From NCBI GenBank assembly GCA_963662585.1, contig OY759729.1, positions 1,344,001-1,408,000 of the forward strand: a stretch of DNA of 64,000 nucleotides, read 5' to 3'. The DNA comes from Candidatus Cloacimonadales bacterium (lineage in GTDB: Bacteria > Cloacimonadota > Cloacimonadia > Cloacimonadales > JAFGVF01). Shown here one piece after another: positions 47,701 to 57,802 of the stretch; the first letter of the stretch is position 1, and each line of letters starts with the position of its first letter. The notes beneath the pieces are model-generated. The model was not told where the DNA came from, ran no database searches, and saw nothing but the letters and a program-made list of their open reading frames with translations. The translations under genes and the position numbers were made by a program.

Positions 47701-49986
47701 CACTGTAATATAAGCTGTTTTAACAACAGTTGAATCAGCCGAAGCATTATCAGTTACATTAAGAGAAACAGTATATACACCTGCTTCTGAATAAGTGAAA
47801 GAAGGATTTTCAGCACTTGAATCTTCTATATCATCACCATCAAAATCCCAGCTGTATGTATAAGGAGTCGTTCCACCATATACTGTACTAGTAAATGCTA
47901 CTGTTAATGATTGGTCACCAGAAGTAACATCTGCAGAGAAGTCAACACCAAATTCTGTTTCACCTTCGAAAGTAAATACATGAGAACCGACATGCGTGTA
48001 AGTATTGGCATCATAAACAATCCATTCGGAGTTTTCAGTAGAAGTACCACGAGAGGTATCCCAATCTGTGTTTCCTTCGAAAACAGATGATTTTCTAACT
48101 AAGGTATGGTTTGCAGTAGCATTAGTTACATTAGCTACATCCCAACCAGTACCAGGATCTGTACCATCAGTACCAACAGCATCTATAAGGTCCTCGCCTT
48201 TAAATAGGCCAATTGCATCATCACCATTGAAAGTACAAATTGAGCCTTCTGTTAAATCTGCTTCAGCAAGAACACTTGTATCAGAGCTAGTATTTGCAAT
48301 AACAAATACATCATTATTAGCGAGAGTACCTGATAATGCTAATGTATCCTCACTCCAATTACCACCATTAGTTATTTTACCAATAGAATAAGCTGATAGG
48401 TTTACAGGGATGCCTGTACCGTTAAATATTTCGATATACTTAGTGTTTCCACCATCTGGTTCGCAGTATTCAGAAATAAAGAGATCGGTAGCACCCTCAG
48501 GTGCTGCTTCAACTGTTATATAATCTGTTTTTGTTTCTATATCAGAATCAGTATTATCATCAGTAACTGTAAGAGATACTGAATAAGTACCAACAGCAGT
48601 ATAGGTATGAGTAGGATTTTCGTCAGTTGAAGTATTAGTATCACCAAAAGTCCAACTGAATGAATATGGTGTTGCGCCACCACTTGAAGCATTTGTGAAA
48701 GTTACTTCTTGATCTACATAAACTGTAGTTAAATTGGCAGAGAAATCAGCTACCAAAGGTAAAGGGTCAATTACTTCATAGCTTTGTTCTAAAGAAGTAG
48801 TAGATTCACTATCATTATCTAAAGTATAAATTTCATAATAGACAGTTGTTCCATCTAAATTTGCAGGAATATTATTATTCGTAACATAGGTATTTCCAGT
48901 AGAAACAGACATATCGATTATATTAGTTAAAAAACCTGTGGATGTTCCCCAATGCAATTCAGCACCAATTATTGTGCCATCACTATCTGTAATATCTGCT
49001 GAAACTGAAACTGTGGTAGATGAGATAATATCTGTATTAGGAGTTTGAATAATGTTTGTTATGGTAGGGAGTACATTACCTAATACAGTATAACTTGCTT
49101 CAGTTGAGGTACTTGCTTCTAAATCATTATCAGTTGCGATAATTTGATAATAAACGGTTGTACCCTTTGCTTGTGCCGGAATATCAGATACAGTAGTATA
49201 AGTTGAACCACTATTAGTCATATTAATTTGATTAGTTAAACTACCACTAGTAGTTCCCCAGTTTAATACAACACTTGATACAGTATCATCATCTGTAACA
49301 TCTGCTGAAACAGAAACTGTTTCTAAATAATCAATATTTGTTTCTGGATCTATAGCTATACTAGAAATTACTGGAGCTAAATTTCCTGTTGCACCAAAAG
49401 TATGAGAACCAATAAAAGAAAAAGTATTTTGACCATAAACATCCCACTCTGAATTTTCTGTTGTAGTTCCAAAGGAAGATGAATTAGTCGAATTAGGAGA
49501 AGAAACAGAAGATTTCCTTACTAATGTATGATCTTTAGTATTATTACCTATCCCTGGAAGAACCCAATATGAACCAGGATCAACCCCAATTGTACCAAAA
49601 ACATCGATAACAATACCATTATTTAGTAAAGCAATTGCATCATCACCATTGAAGTTGTTTAGTGTAGCATCTTCAATATCAGTAACTTCTTGAATTAGGG
49701 CATCTGCAGAAGCTCTAGATATCACAAGAACATCATTATTAGCTAAATCCCCAGATAAAGCTAATGTATAACTAGCACTTGACGATCCATTTGTATAAAT
49801 CGAAATTGAATAAGTATCTAAACTCACAGAGCTACCTGTACCGTTGAATATTTCGAGAGCCTTGTTATAATTTCCACTACCTTCGATATATTCAGAAATA
49901 AATAGGTCTGTAGCTTGTCCATTCAGATTCATAAATCCAAATAGCGTTATCATTATTATCAAAAAAAAGCACTTAGTATCTCTCAT
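44752..49986 (-). CDS. Secreted multidomain nuclease: 4 lamin-tail domains, 2 Ig-like repeats, 3 PKD domains, endonuclease I domain, chitobiase/FN3-like domain, FlgD-Ig/T9SS-like C-terminus
   Basis: Four DLFISEY...EIxNGTG repeats; PKD WxFxD/N...NPxHxY; EndA-like CEHSYPQS, DIHHLFP...NSSRGN, GNTARAMLYM, QGNRNPFVNHP; LPVTLTSF and YPNPFNP C-terminal domain. Confidence 0.88.
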   Translation of the reverse strand: MRDTKCFFLIIMITLFGFMNLNGQATDLFISEYIEGSGNYNKALEIFNGTGSSVSLDTYSISIYTNGSSSASYTLALSGDLANNDVLVISRASADALIQEVTDIEDATLNNFNGDDAIALLNNGIVIDVFGTIGVDPGSYWVLPGIGNNTKDHTLVRKSSVSSPNSTNSSSFGTTTENSEWDVYGQNTFSFIGSHTFGATGNLAPVISSIAIDPETNIDYLETVSVSADVTDDDTVSSVVLNWGTTSGSLTNQINMTNSGSTYTTVSDIPAQAKGTTVYYQIIATDNDLEASTSTEASYTVLGNVLPTITNIIQTPNTDIISSTTVSVSADITDSDGTIIGAELHWGTSTGFLTNIIDMSVSTGNTYVTNNNIPANLDGTTVYYEIYTLDNDSESTTSLEQSYEVIDPLPLVADFSANLTTVYVDQEVTFTNASSGGATPYSFSWTFGDTNTSTDENPTHTYTAVGTYSVSLTVTDDNTDSDIETKTDYITVEAAPEGATDLFISEYCEPDGGNTKYIEIFNGTGIPVNLSAYSIGKITNGGNWSEDTLALSGTLANNDVFVIANTSSDTSVLAEADLTEGSICTFNGDDAIGLFKGEDLIDAVGTDGTDPGTGWDVANVTNATANHTLVRKSSVFEGNTDWDTSRGTSTENSEWIVYDANTYTHVGSHVFTFEGETEFGVDFSADVTSGDQSLTVAFTSTVYGGTTPYTYSWDFDGDDIEDSSAENPSFTYSEAGVYTVSLNVTDNASADSTVVKTAYITVNDTSVEGYYSTITETTGSALKTQLHNLIATNTLSSYDNSREAMYSTIDNIDGTVTGVYSGLEVAHPYGTTSTPAGIDCEHSYPQSWLEEYESASDYAIARTDIHHLFPTKSEVNSSRGNLPFDNVNSVLNSWTEASGYVSYRGYNIDGETVFEVADQHKGNTARAMLYMNTRWNLPLSDDGSTTGLNIDMLPTLLQWHESDPVDQAEIDRNEGIYDYQGNRNPFVNHPEWVAAIYGSASSSQVSTPEISPNSGSFVNSVEITITCATNGASIYYTSNGDTPTTSSTLYENPFTLTETATVKAIAIKADFDDSGIATATYTLSENQSAAIDLFISEYIEGATGSNKALEIFNGTGSDVDLSIYSVKLGSNGTSWGSAISLTGTLTNNSVYVIANSSADDTGITEAVNLSNGSLSFNGNDAVGLFKNDVLIDIIGIYENDPGAAWDVAGITEATENHVLVRKSYVSQGNTDWTTSAGTDASDSEWLVYANATYDYLGNHSFTPLTVDFSADLTSTTTGTSIQFTANVSGGISPYVYEWDFNNDSIADSYSVNPTHVYNQAGTYTVSLYVVDNNLDERTMVKTDYITIESNLVYADDLFISEYLSGTGNNKSIEIYNGTGQEVDLSVYSIKITNPGGNWSQSVDLSGNLANDAVYVLAHPSANASILNHANSYNATLAFSGNQAVGLFKNSTALDIIGVPNSLPSGDGWSVAGVANATYNRTLTRKSNISSGNTDPTEWSDAKSRAGETTPDSEWLVFPTDDSDNLGSHYFDFGDNTLPVTLTSFTSSITYTNFGQAAVAIQWKTEAESGLIGYNILRGESSLLDSAVRANQGIVSANNSLIGNNYSYVDEQVELHKTYYYWLESVELSNENETFGPISIKVENNNSNSVVIPYKTTLKSVYPNPFNPTATVSFYVKNTDRINIKVFNVKGQLIREISNEIYQPGFHKLTWNGKDRNGNDCASGMYFFRMETNTVNQMIKGVLLK

Positions 49987-50322
49987 TAAATCTCCCCATT
50001 TATAATTTGTAGCAATTTAGAGAATAAATATCTTTCCTGTCAAATAAATTTTTATTAATTAATCATTTCATAAAGATAATAGTTCTAAAAGTGTATTATA
50101 AGTGGGAGTGAAGCATTAGTAAAATTCCTTAAATTTGCCCCATTCTCTAAATTGCCATAGAGTATTGCTAGAAAAATGAGACTAACTTAAGCTGTTGTGA
50201 ATAATCAATCTTACCCTTTTAAGTTATCATTCTAGTATGTGTCTAATTTTGAGATAATGAATTATGATTCACCAAAGGTGAATTTCTCTTCTCTTCGTTA
50301 AATCAGTAGCTAAATTTAAAGC

Positions 50323-50351
50323 AAAAAAAAAGGCTACTCCTAAGAGTAGCC
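50323..50351 (-). terminator. Intrinsic terminator of the alpha operon
   Basis: GGCTACTC-ttag-GAGTAGCC plus U9 on the minus strand, just after rplQ. Confidence 0.9.
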
Positions 50352-50371
50352 ATCTATTTTACATTACATCA

Positions 50372-50761
50372 TTATTCAGCTTGAGCTGTAACTTCTGTTC
50401 TACCGATTCCGTCCACAAATTCGATAATAGCCATAGGAGCATTATCACCTCTGCGGTTACCAGCTTTAAGAACGCGTGTATAACCACCGTTTCTTTCAGT
50501 ATAGTTTGGACCGATTTCTTCAAAAAGTCTTTTTACTAGGTCTCTATCTTGAAGAACTTTATAAGCTAATCTACGATTATGAACATCATTTTTCTTAGCA
50601 TAAGTAATACAGCGTTCTGCAAGAGAGCGCATCTCTTTAGCTCTTGCGAGAGTAGTATTGATGCGTCCATGTTCGATAAGTGATTTCACTAAGTTATGTA
50701 ACATAGCTTTTCTGTGATCACTTTCTAAACCAAATTTTCTTCCTCTAACTCTATGTCTCAT
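50372..50761 (-). CDS. rplQ: 50S ribosomal protein L17
   Basis: MRHR..., TTLARAKE, RNGGYTRV, RRGDNAPMA. Confidence 0.97.
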   Translation of the reverse strand: MRHRVRGRKFGLESDHRKAMLHNLVKSLIEHGRINTTLARAKEMRSLAERCITYAKKNDVHNRRLAYKVLQDRDLVKRLFEEIGPNYTERNGGYTRVLKAGNRRGDNAPMAIIEFVDGIGRTEVTAQAE

Positions 50762-50771
50762 GGTCGAATCC

Positions 50772-51779
50772 TTATTCTTTTATTTTTACTCTGTTTTTAG
50801 CCTCTTGGATTTGAGCGTTGAAAGAGTCAACATCCATGCCAAGAGTTAAGCCATAAGTTTCCAGTAAGCCTGAGATTTCATCTAAGGATTTCTTACCGAA
50901 ATTACGGTATTTTAACATTTCACTTTCAGTTTTACCAACTAATTCTCCGATTTTCTCAATTTTAGCAGCCAATAAGCAGTTAGCAGAACGAACAGTAAGT
51001 TCTAGTTCTTTAACATTCATATTGAAGAGCTTTTCTAATCTTTCCAATTCTGGATCCATTTGAACTTCTTCAATATACTCAGGCTCAACTTCAAATTGAG
51101 AAATACTTGAATATAAATCCTTAAGAATTTTAGCAGCAAGGAAAAGTGAATTTTTTGGATTGATAGAACCGTCAGTAGTAATTTCTAAAGTCAGTTTATC
51201 ATAGTTCATCTTCTCTTTAACTCGTTGGTTAGAGACGAAGAAGTTCACTTTTCTCATTGGAGAATAGATGGAGTCGATTGGGATAATTCCAATAGCTTTG
51301 TCTGTCATGTCCTGTTTGTCAGAAGGGACGAATCCTCTTCCATTTGCAGCCCATAATTCAATTCTGATATCTACATCTTCACTTACATTAAGAAGCACAA
51401 GTTCAGGGTTCAGAATCTCAACATTTCCAGGTGTTTGAATTTCAGCTGCAGTTACTACACCTTTTCCTTTATGTTCTAAAATTAATTCAACTTCATTAAT
51501 ATCGTCAATTTTAAGAACTAACTCTTTCAGTTTGAGAATAAGATCAACATAATCGGAATTAGTACCCGGAATAGGGCAGAATTCGTGATGCAAACCTTCA
51601 ATTCTAACATATTTGATTGCAGCACCTTGGATAGAAGCTAATAATACTCGTCTAAGAGTATTACCAATAGTTGTTCCGAAACCAGGTTCTAAAGGACCCA
51701 TTTCGAACTTTCCATAAGTTTGACTGTTATCAAGAACTTCGACTCTTTCCGGCATCTGCAACGGTTCTAAGAACATCAT
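50772..51779 (-). CDS. rpoA: RNA polymerase subunit alpha
   Basis: PLEPGFGTTIGNTLRRVLL, LELTVRSANCL, NFGKKSL. Confidence 0.97.
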   Translation of the reverse strand: MMFLEPLQMPERVEVLDNSQTYGKFEMGPLEPGFGTTIGNTLRRVLLASIQGAAIKYVRIEGLHHEFCPIPGTNSDYVDLILKLKELVLKIDDINEVELILEHKGKGVVTAAEIQTPGNVEILNPELVLLNVSEDVDIRIELWAANGRGFVPSDKQDMTDKAIGIIPIDSIYSPMRKVNFFVSNQRVKEKMNYDKLTLEITTDGSINPKNSLFLAAKILKDLYSSISQFEVEPEYIEEVQMDPELERLEKLFNMNVKELELTVRSANCLLAAKIEKIGELVGKTESEMLKYRNFGKKSLDEISGLLETYGLTLGMDVDSFNAQIQEAKNRVKIKE

Positions 51780-51794
51780 ATGTGTCTCTCCAGT

Positions 51795-52409
51795 TTATTT
51801 AGAATAGAACTCAACAATTAAACGGACATCTACATTAGTAGGTATCTCTTCAGCATTTGGAATTGCTAAAAATTCACCTTTGAAATTATCTTTATCAACT
51901 GATAACCATGAGTATGAAGAAGTTGCACTTGTAACTTCAGCTGCATCTGTCATGGCACCTTTTCTACTACTTTCTTTGATTTCGATAATATCCCCTGGTT
52001 TACATAAGAAAGAGGCGATATTAACTCTTCTACCGTTAACTTGCACATGTCCGTGATTTACGAATTGACGGGACTGCATTCTGGTAACAGCAAAGCCTAA
52101 TCTATAAACAACATTATCCAATCTTCTTTCTAATAATTGAAGGAAGTTATCACCTGTAACACCTTCTTTCTTAGAAGCTTTTACAAAATAATTGTAGAAT
52201 TGCTTTTCTAAGAGGCAGTAAGTGTTTCTGAGTTTTTGTTTTTCTCTCAAGTGAGTACCATAATCACTAAGTTTTCTTCTGAAAACTTTACCGTGATCAC
52301 CGGCAGGATAATTTCTTTTTTCTAATATTCTATCATATTTTGGTGTTCCAAAGATGTTCTCACCAAATTTTCTAACTAATTTTGCTTTTGGTCCTGTATA
52401 TCGTGCCAT
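51795..52409 (-). CDS. rpsD: 30S ribosomal protein S4
   Basis: MARYTGPK, LERRLDNVVYRLG, LIVEFYSK. Confidence 0.97.
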   Translation of the reverse strand: MARYTGPKAKLVRKFGENIFGTPKYDRILEKRNYPAGDHGKVFRRKLSDYGTHLREKQKLRNTYCLLEKQFYNYFVKASKKEGVTGDNFLQLLERRLDNVVYRLGFAVTRMQSRQFVNHGHVQVNGRRVNIASFLCKPGDIIEIKESSRKGAMTDAAEVTSATSSYSWLSVDKDNFKGEFLAIPNAEEIPTNVDVRLIVEFYSK

Positions 52410-52418
52410 TCTTCCCCC

Positions 52419-52811
52419 TTAGATTCTTCTTGTTTTTGGTGGACGGCAGCCATTATGAGGGATAGGAGTAGCATCTTGAATAGATAATATCTTTAATCCC
52501 GTAGCATTCATAGAGCGGATAGATGCTTCTCTACCTCCACCTGGTCCACGAACGATAACTTTAACTTTAGTGATTCCCATATCAAGAGCAGTTTTAGCTA
52601 CTTCTCCAGCAGCGATCTGAGCTGCATAAGGAGTTGATTTACGAGAACCTTTATTACCAATTTTTCCACCTGAAGACCAGGTAAGTACATTACCAGCCTT
52701 ATCAGCCAAGGTTATAATAGTATTATTAAAACTTGAGTGGACATGTGCTACGCCTTCGTCAAATGCTAGACGAACTCTTTTTTTCTTAGCTCTTACTTTC
52801 TTTTTAGCCAT
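52419..52811 (-). CDS. rpsK: 30S ribosomal protein S11
   Basis: SFNNTI, RKSTPYAAQ, TPIPHNGCRPPK. Confidence 0.97.
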   Translation of the reverse strand: MAKKKVRAKKKRVRLAFDEGVAHVHSSFNNTIITLADKAGNVLTWSSGGKIGNKGSRKSTPYAAQIAAGEVAKTALDMGITKVKVIVRGPGGGREASIRSMNATGLKILSIQDATPIPHNGCRPPKTRRI

Positions 52812-52819
52812 AAGTTCTC

Positions 52820-53191
52820 CTATTTCTTCTTCTTCTTAATAGAACCAGGTTTTGGACCTTTTCTGGTTCTTGCATTATTTTGAGTATTCTGCCCATGAAC
52901 TGGGAGTCCTCTCTTATGACGAAGTCCACGATAGCAATTTATTTCCATCAAACGCTTGATGTCTAAAGCAACCTTAGTTCTTAAGGTACCTTCGACAGTA
53001 TATTCATTTTGAATAAGGTCACGAATAAGTCTTTCTTGATCAACTGAAAGATCTTGCACTTTGATATTTTCATCAATGTTAGCCTTCTTGAGGATTTCTG
53101 AAGACAAAGATCTTCCTATGCCATAAATATAAGTTAAACCTATAACAACTCTTTTGTTATTAGGTATCTCAACACCTGCGATATGTGCCAA
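52820..53191 (-). CDS. rpsM: 30S ribosomal protein S13 (TTG start)
   Basis: [29 protein letters not shown]. Confidence 0.97.
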   Translation of the reverse strand: MAHIAGVEIPNNKRVVIGLTYIYGIGRSLSSEILKKANIDENIKVQDLSVDQERLIRDLIQNEYTVEGTLRTKVALDIKRLMEINCYRGLRHKRGLPVHGQNTQNNARTRKGPKPGSIKKKKK

Positions 53192-53230
53192 GCCTTTCCT
53201 CCTTCGGAATTTATTATATTATTATTTTGT

Positions 53231-53344
53231 TTATCCCTGGCGTTGTTTGTGTTTTGGGTTTGTGCAAATTACACGGATAACACCATTTCGCTTGATAATT
53301 CTACAATCTTTACAGATTTTCTTAACAGAAGCTCTTACTTTCAT
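53231..53344 (-). CDS. rpmJ: 50S ribosomal protein L36 (zinc-binding type)
   Basis: Absent from the ORF track; manual translation gives [37 protein letters not shown]. Confidence 0.97.
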   Translation of the reverse strand: MKVRASVKKICKDCRIIKRNGVIRVICTNPKHKQRQG

Positions 53345-53367
53345 TTTTTCTCCTTCATCTGTAACAA

Positions 53368-53586
53368 CTATTTATAACGGTAAGTGATTCTTCCTTTGGT
53401 CAAATCGTAAGGTGATAATTCTAATTTTACTTTATCTCCGGGTAAAATTCTAATGAAATGCATTCTCATTTTTCCGGAACTATGAGCAAGTATAACATGC
53501 CCGTTTTCTAACTCCACCTTAAATTGCGTGTTTGGCAAGGACTCTTTTACTACCCCTTCTACCTCTATAACACCTGATTTAGCCAT
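53368..53586 (-). CDS. infA: Translation initiation factor IF-1
   Basis: [42 protein letters not shown]. Confidence 0.97.
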   Translation of the reverse strand: MAKSGVIEVEGVVKESLPNTQFKVELENGHVILAHSSGKMRMHFIRILPGDKVKLELSPYDLTKGRITYRYK

Positions 53587-54352
53587 TCTCTCTTCCTACC
53601 TTAGTTAAAATTTCTGGTTGTGAGTCTGTAACTAATATTGTGTGCTCGAAATGAGCAGAAAGTGAGCCATCTTTAACTAAATATTCCCAGCCTCTTTCAG
53701 TCACTTTATTAGTTCCAATATTGACCATTGGTTCAATCGCTATGGTCATTCCTTCTTTAATTAACGATCCTGTTCCCTTTTTTCCTACATTAGGAATCAT
53801 AGGGTCTTCATGTAATTCTCTTCCTATGCCGTGACCTGTTAAGTCATCTGCACAGTAGTAACCATTCTGTTTAACGAACTTACCAATAGCATAAGAGATA
53901 TCACCAATTCTATTGCCAATTACGGCAGTGTTGATACCAATTTCTAAGGCTTGTTTTGTTACATCAAGTAGTCGTTGAGTCTCTTTAGAGATTTGGCCAA
54001 CTGTAAAAGTATAGGCAGCATCTCCATGATAACCGGCTTTACGGGTACCGACATCAACTCCAATGATATCACCCTCTTTAAGAATAACATTCTTAGAAGG
54101 AATACCATGCACGATGACAGAATTTACTGAAGCGCAGATTGCTCCGGGAAAGGGAGCTAAACCAGGAACAGAATATCCTTTAAATGCAGGATAAGCATCA
54201 TGAGAACGAATAAAATCTTCAGCAAATTTATCTAGTTCCCAAGTACTAACACCGGGAACAACTATCTTTTCCATCTCTTTCCAGAGAAGTCCGATAATTC
54301 TACCTGCTTCGCGCATTTTTTCAATCTCATGTTGCTTCTTAATCTTTATCAT
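53579..54352 (-). CDS. map: Methionine aminopeptidase type I
   Basis: CASVN..IVHGIP, GYHGDAA, GHGIG..LHEDP, AIEPM, SAHFEHT. Confidence 0.97.
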   Translation of the reverse strand: MIKIKKQHEIEKMREAGRIIGLLWKEMEKIVVPGVSTWELDKFAEDFIRSHDAYPAFKGYSVPGLAPFPGAICASVNSVIVHGIPSKNVILKEGDIIGVDVGTRKAGYHGDAAYTFTVGQISKETQRLLDVTKQALEIGINTAVIGNRIGDISYAIGKFVKQNGYYCADDLTGHGIGRELHEDPMIPNVGKKGTGSLIKEGMTIAIEPMVNIGTNKVTERGWEYLVKDGSLSAHFEHTILVTDSQPEILTKVGRENG

Positions 54353-55653
54353 CTTCCTGCTCTTCCTCTTAACTTACCACGCTTCATGAAACCGTCATAG
54401 TGACGAGAAACTAAGTGTGATTCGATTTGTTGTAGAGTGTCTAAAGCAACACCAACAACGATGATTATACTAGTACCACCTAATACAGATAAGCTTACAC
54501 CTAAAACACGGAATAAGATATCAGGCATTACAGCAATGATAGCGTAGAATATAGCACCTGGAAGAGTAATTCTAACTAATACTCGATTAATATATTCAGC
54601 AGTTTTCTTTCCTTGTTTAACACCAGGAATAAAACCACCGTATTTTTTCATATTATCAGCCATTTCAACTGGGTTCATTACCATAGCAGTATAGAAATAA
54701 GCAAAGAATATGATTAATATCATTGAAATTATAGTATAAAGTGCAGTTCCTGGTGAGAACCAGTTTGTTACAAAAGAAGAATCTGAATTAAAGAATCTAA
54801 TTATTGTAATAGGGAACATAAGCACTGACTGAGCAAAGATGATTGGAATAACACCAGCTGTATTAACTCTTAAAGGGATATAAGTAGATTGGCCACCATA
54901 GACTTTTCTACCGATAACTCTTTTAGCATACTGCACAGGAATTTTCCTCATTGCTTCAGTTACTAAGATAACAGCAGCAGTAACAACTACAATAGCAAGA
55001 AGTATGAATATTACCATAAATATATTGCCGATTGAAGGGTTAGCAGCTACTTTTTGAAAGAGACCATAAATCTCGCGTGGAAGGCGAGCAACGATACCTG
55101 CGAAAATTATCAAAGAAATACCGTTTCCGATACCTTTCTCTGTAATTTGTTCACCTAACCACATGATGACCATAACACCTGTGATTAAGGTAATGACTGT
55201 AGATACAAAGAAAAATGACCGGTCAATAGTTACTATTCCCGGTTGAGAAAGTAACATAACACATATTCCAATTGAGTTTAGACCTGCGACCAATACGGTT
55301 CCGTACCTGGTTATTTGAGTAATCTTCTTCTGGCCATCTGCTCCCTCTTTTTTGAGTTTTTCAAAATAAGGAACCACACTACCAAGAAGCTGAATAACAA
55401 TTGAGGCGGTAATATAAGGCATGATACCTAGAGCAAAAACTGATGCTCTGGACATATTTCCACCTGCGAAAAGATCTACTAATCCAAGTAATCCTTCGCT
55501 GTTACTACTAAAGATTCTACCTAAGGCTACTGCGTCTACACCAGGAACAGGGATAAAGCTTCCCAATCTGTATAGTACAAGAATAAAAGCTGTAAAAAGA
55601 ACTTTCTTCTTTAAATCAGGAACTCTAAATATGTTTGCTATTTTACTTAACAA
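54349..55653 (-). CDS. secY: Preprotein translocase subunit SecY
   Basis: FALGIMPYITASI, WLGEQIT..GIGNGISL, AGVIPIIFA, GGTSIIIVVGV. Confidence 0.97.
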   Translation of the reverse strand: MLSKIANIFRVPDLKKKVLFTAFILVLYRLGSFIPVPGVDAVALGRIFSSNSEGLLGLVDLFAGGNMSRASVFALGIMPYITASIVIQLLGSVVPYFEKLKKEGADGQKKITQITRYGTVLVAGLNSIGICVMLLSQPGIVTIDRSFFFVSTVITLITGVMVIMWLGEQITEKGIGNGISLIIFAGIVARLPREIYGLFQKVAANPSIGNIFMVIFILLAIVVVTAAVILVTEAMRKIPVQYAKRVIGRKVYGGQSTYIPLRVNTAGVIPIIFAQSVLMFPITIIRFFNSDSSFVTNWFSPGTALYTIISMILIIFFAYFYTAMVMNPVEMADNMKKYGGFIPGVKQGKKTAEYINRVLVRITLPGAIFYAIIAVMPDILFRVLGVSLSVLGGTSIIIVVGVALDTLQQIESHLVSRHYDGFMKRGKLRGRAGR

Positions 55654-56113
55654 CTTTCACTACCTCCGCTTTACCACCTTTATTTTCAATCAGTTCGATT
55701 GCTTTTTTGGAAAAAGCGTTGGCTTTTATTGTCATTGTTTTTGAAAATTCTACATCACCTAGTTCGGCTAGGACCTTTACAGGATAACTTGCTTTCTTTC
55801 CGCTTTTTGGGAGTAATCCAAGCTCTTCCATTTTAACAATATCTAATTCTTCAACTTCTAAATCTACCAAGTCTTTTAAATTAACAATTCTATGATGGAT
55901 TTTGAAAATATTCTTGAAGCCTCTTTTTGGAAGTCTTCTTTGAATTGGCATTTGACCACCTTCAAACCAGATTGGTATTTTTCCACCAGAACGAGCTTTC
56001 TGTCCTTTGTGTCCTTTACCTGCAGTTTGACCTTGACCAGTCGCTTGACCTTTTCCTAATCTCTTTTTGTTCTTTTTAATAGCTGGTTTACTAAGATTAT
56101 GTAAAGTTAACAT
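55643..56113 (-). CDS. rplO: 50S ribosomal protein L15
   Basis: GKGHKGQKARSG, FEGGQMP..RRLPKRGF. Confidence 0.97.
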   Translation of the reverse strand: MLTLHNLSKPAIKKNKKRLGKGQATGQGQTAGKGHKGQKARSGGKIPIWFEGGQMPIQRRLPKRGFKNIFKIHHRIVNLKDLVDLEVEELDIVKMEELGLLPKSGKKASYPVKVLAELGDVEFSKTMTIKANAFSKKAIELIENKGGKAEVVKVVK

Positions 56114-56124
56114 TTCATATCTCC

Positions 56125-56310
56125 TTAGTTTTCTTCCACTTGTTCGACTTTTAATAGGTAGTCTACTTTTTTAATCATTCCTTTGATAACAGCGCTATCA
56201 TCGTGAATTCTTGATTTACCAATTCTACCTAATCCGAGTGAAGCTAAAATTCTTTTATGATGTTCTTTTCTGCCAATTGCACTTTTAACCTGGCTTACTC
56301 TAATTTTCAT
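56125..56310 (-). CDS. rpmD: 50S ribosomal protein L30
   Basis: VKSAIGR...LGL...IKGMIKKV; position in the spc operon. Confidence 0.95.
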   Translation of the reverse strand: MKIRVSQVKSAIGRKEHHKRILASLGLGRIGKSRIHDDSAVIKGMIKKVDYLLKVEQVEEN

Positions 56311-56830
56311 CTTTAGCCTCCATTCCAGTCAATTCAGCAAAAGTTTTATTTCTAAGCTTAGCTATATCATTGATTGTTCTGAGTTGTTTAAGCCCTATAA
56401 CAGTTGCTTTAACAACATTAGTAGGAGTATTTGAACCCATAGATTTGCAAAGAATATTTTCAATTCCTGCAGCTTCAAAGATAGCTCTAGTTGTTCCACC
56501 CGCAATAACTCCAGTACCAGGAGAAGCTGGTCTCATTAAGACTTTACTTGCTCCAAATCTTCCTAACATTTCGTGAGGGATTGTACCATTGATTATTGGA
56601 ATTCTAAACATAGTTTTGCTAGCTCTTTCTTTAGCTTTTCTAATTGCGTCAACAATTTCGATAGCTTTTCCTTTGCCAACACCAACATTACCTTGTCTGT
56701 CACCAATAACTACGATAGCGGAAAAACTGAAGTTCTTACCACCCTTTGTTACTTTGGTAACACGGTTTGTTGCTACTATTTTTTCAACTAATTGATCATC
56801 AGTTTCTGGATTATTCATTTGTCTCAACAT
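56300..56830 (-). CDS. rpsE: 30S ribosomal protein S5
   Basis: RVTKVTKGG, PASPGTGVIAGG. Confidence 0.97.
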   Translation of the reverse strand: MLRQMNNPETDDQLVEKIVATNRVTKVTKGGKNFSFSAIVVIGDRQGNVGVGKGKAIEIVDAIRKAKERASKTMFRIPIINGTIPHEMLGRFGASKVLMRPASPGTGVIAGGTTRAIFEAAGIENILCKSMGSNTPTNVVKATVIGLKQLRTINDIAKLRNKTFAELTGMEAKDEN

Positions 56831-56839
56831 TTCCTCCCG

Positions 56840-57211
56840 TTATAGTTCTAATCCGGCTTTACGAGCACCATCAGCAAACGCTTTTACTCTTCCGTGATAT
56901 TTGTAACCGGCTCTGTCGAAGCAAACTTTTGTAATACCAGCTTTTAAAGCTTTCTCAGCTAATTTTTGTCCAATTTTAAAGCTAGCTTCTACTTTCTTAA
57001 TTCCTTCTTCTAACTGAGCATCTTTTGATTTGGTAGATAAGGAAACTAAGGTGTGACCCTTAAGATCATCTATTATCTGTCCATAAATATGATTTAAACT
57101 TCTGAAAACAACTAATCTAGGACGAGAGGCAGTACCATTCATATTCTTACGAATAGCTTTTCTCCGTCTAGCTCTTTTTTCATTTCTAATTATATTACTT
57201 GGTTTTACCAT
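56840..57211 (-). CDS. rplR: 50S ribosomal protein L18
   Basis: [21 protein letters not shown]. Confidence 0.97.
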   Translation of the reverse strand: MVKPSNIIRNEKRARRRKAIRKNMNGTASRPRLVVFRSLNHIYGQIIDDLKGHTLVSLSTKSKDAQLEEGIKKVEASFKIGQKLAEKALKAGITKVCFDRAGYKYHGRVKAFADGARKAGLEL

Positions 57212-57223
57212 TTTTTACCCCGC

Positions 57224-57793
57224 TTATGCTCCAGCTTTTCCAGCTTTGATTATTACGCGTTCTGTGCTGTAGCGTATTCCTTTACCTTTATAGTTCTCAG
57301 GCTTACGACATCCTCTAATTTCAGCAGAAAACTTGCCGACATCTTCTTTATGGATTCCTTTTACGAATACATTAGCTTGATGTTCTGGGTGCATACCTTT
57401 TCCACGAGGAATTGCTTCAGCTCTTACTTCTAAACCTTCAGGAATTTCTAAGTAGATATCATGAGAATATCCAACATTTAATTTTACCCATGGTCCTAGA
57501 ATCTCAGCTGAATAACCGGTTCCAATAACATGAAGTAATTTCTCATATCCTTCTGAAACACCTGTAACAAGATTTTGTACTAAAGCTCTACCTAAACCGT
57601 GGAAAGCTTTTTGTTCTCTTGTATCATCAAGTCTCTTTAAGACTAAGCTATTTTCTTCTTGTTTAATTGTGATTCCACCAACTAAATCATGAGAAAGTTT
57701 TCCTAATTTTCCTTCGACTTCAATGTGGCTACCTGTAATAGTTGCTTTTACACCTGCAGGAAGCACGACTGGTTTTTTACCTATTCTTGACAT
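57224..57793 (-). CDS. rplF: 50S ribosomal protein L6
   Basis: MSRIGKKPV, GYSH, PENYKGKGIRY. Confidence 0.97.
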   Translation of the reverse strand: MSRIGKKPVVLPAGVKATITGSHIEVEGKLGKLSHDLVGGITIKQEENSLVLKRLDDTREQKAFHGLGRALVQNLVTGVSEGYEKLLHVIGTGYSAEILGPWVKLNVGYSHDIYLEIPEGLEVRAEAIPRGKGMHPEHQANVFVKGIHKEDVGKFSAEIRGCRKPENYKGKGIRYSTERVIIKAGKAGA

Positions 57794-57802
57794 GCTATCC
57801 TC

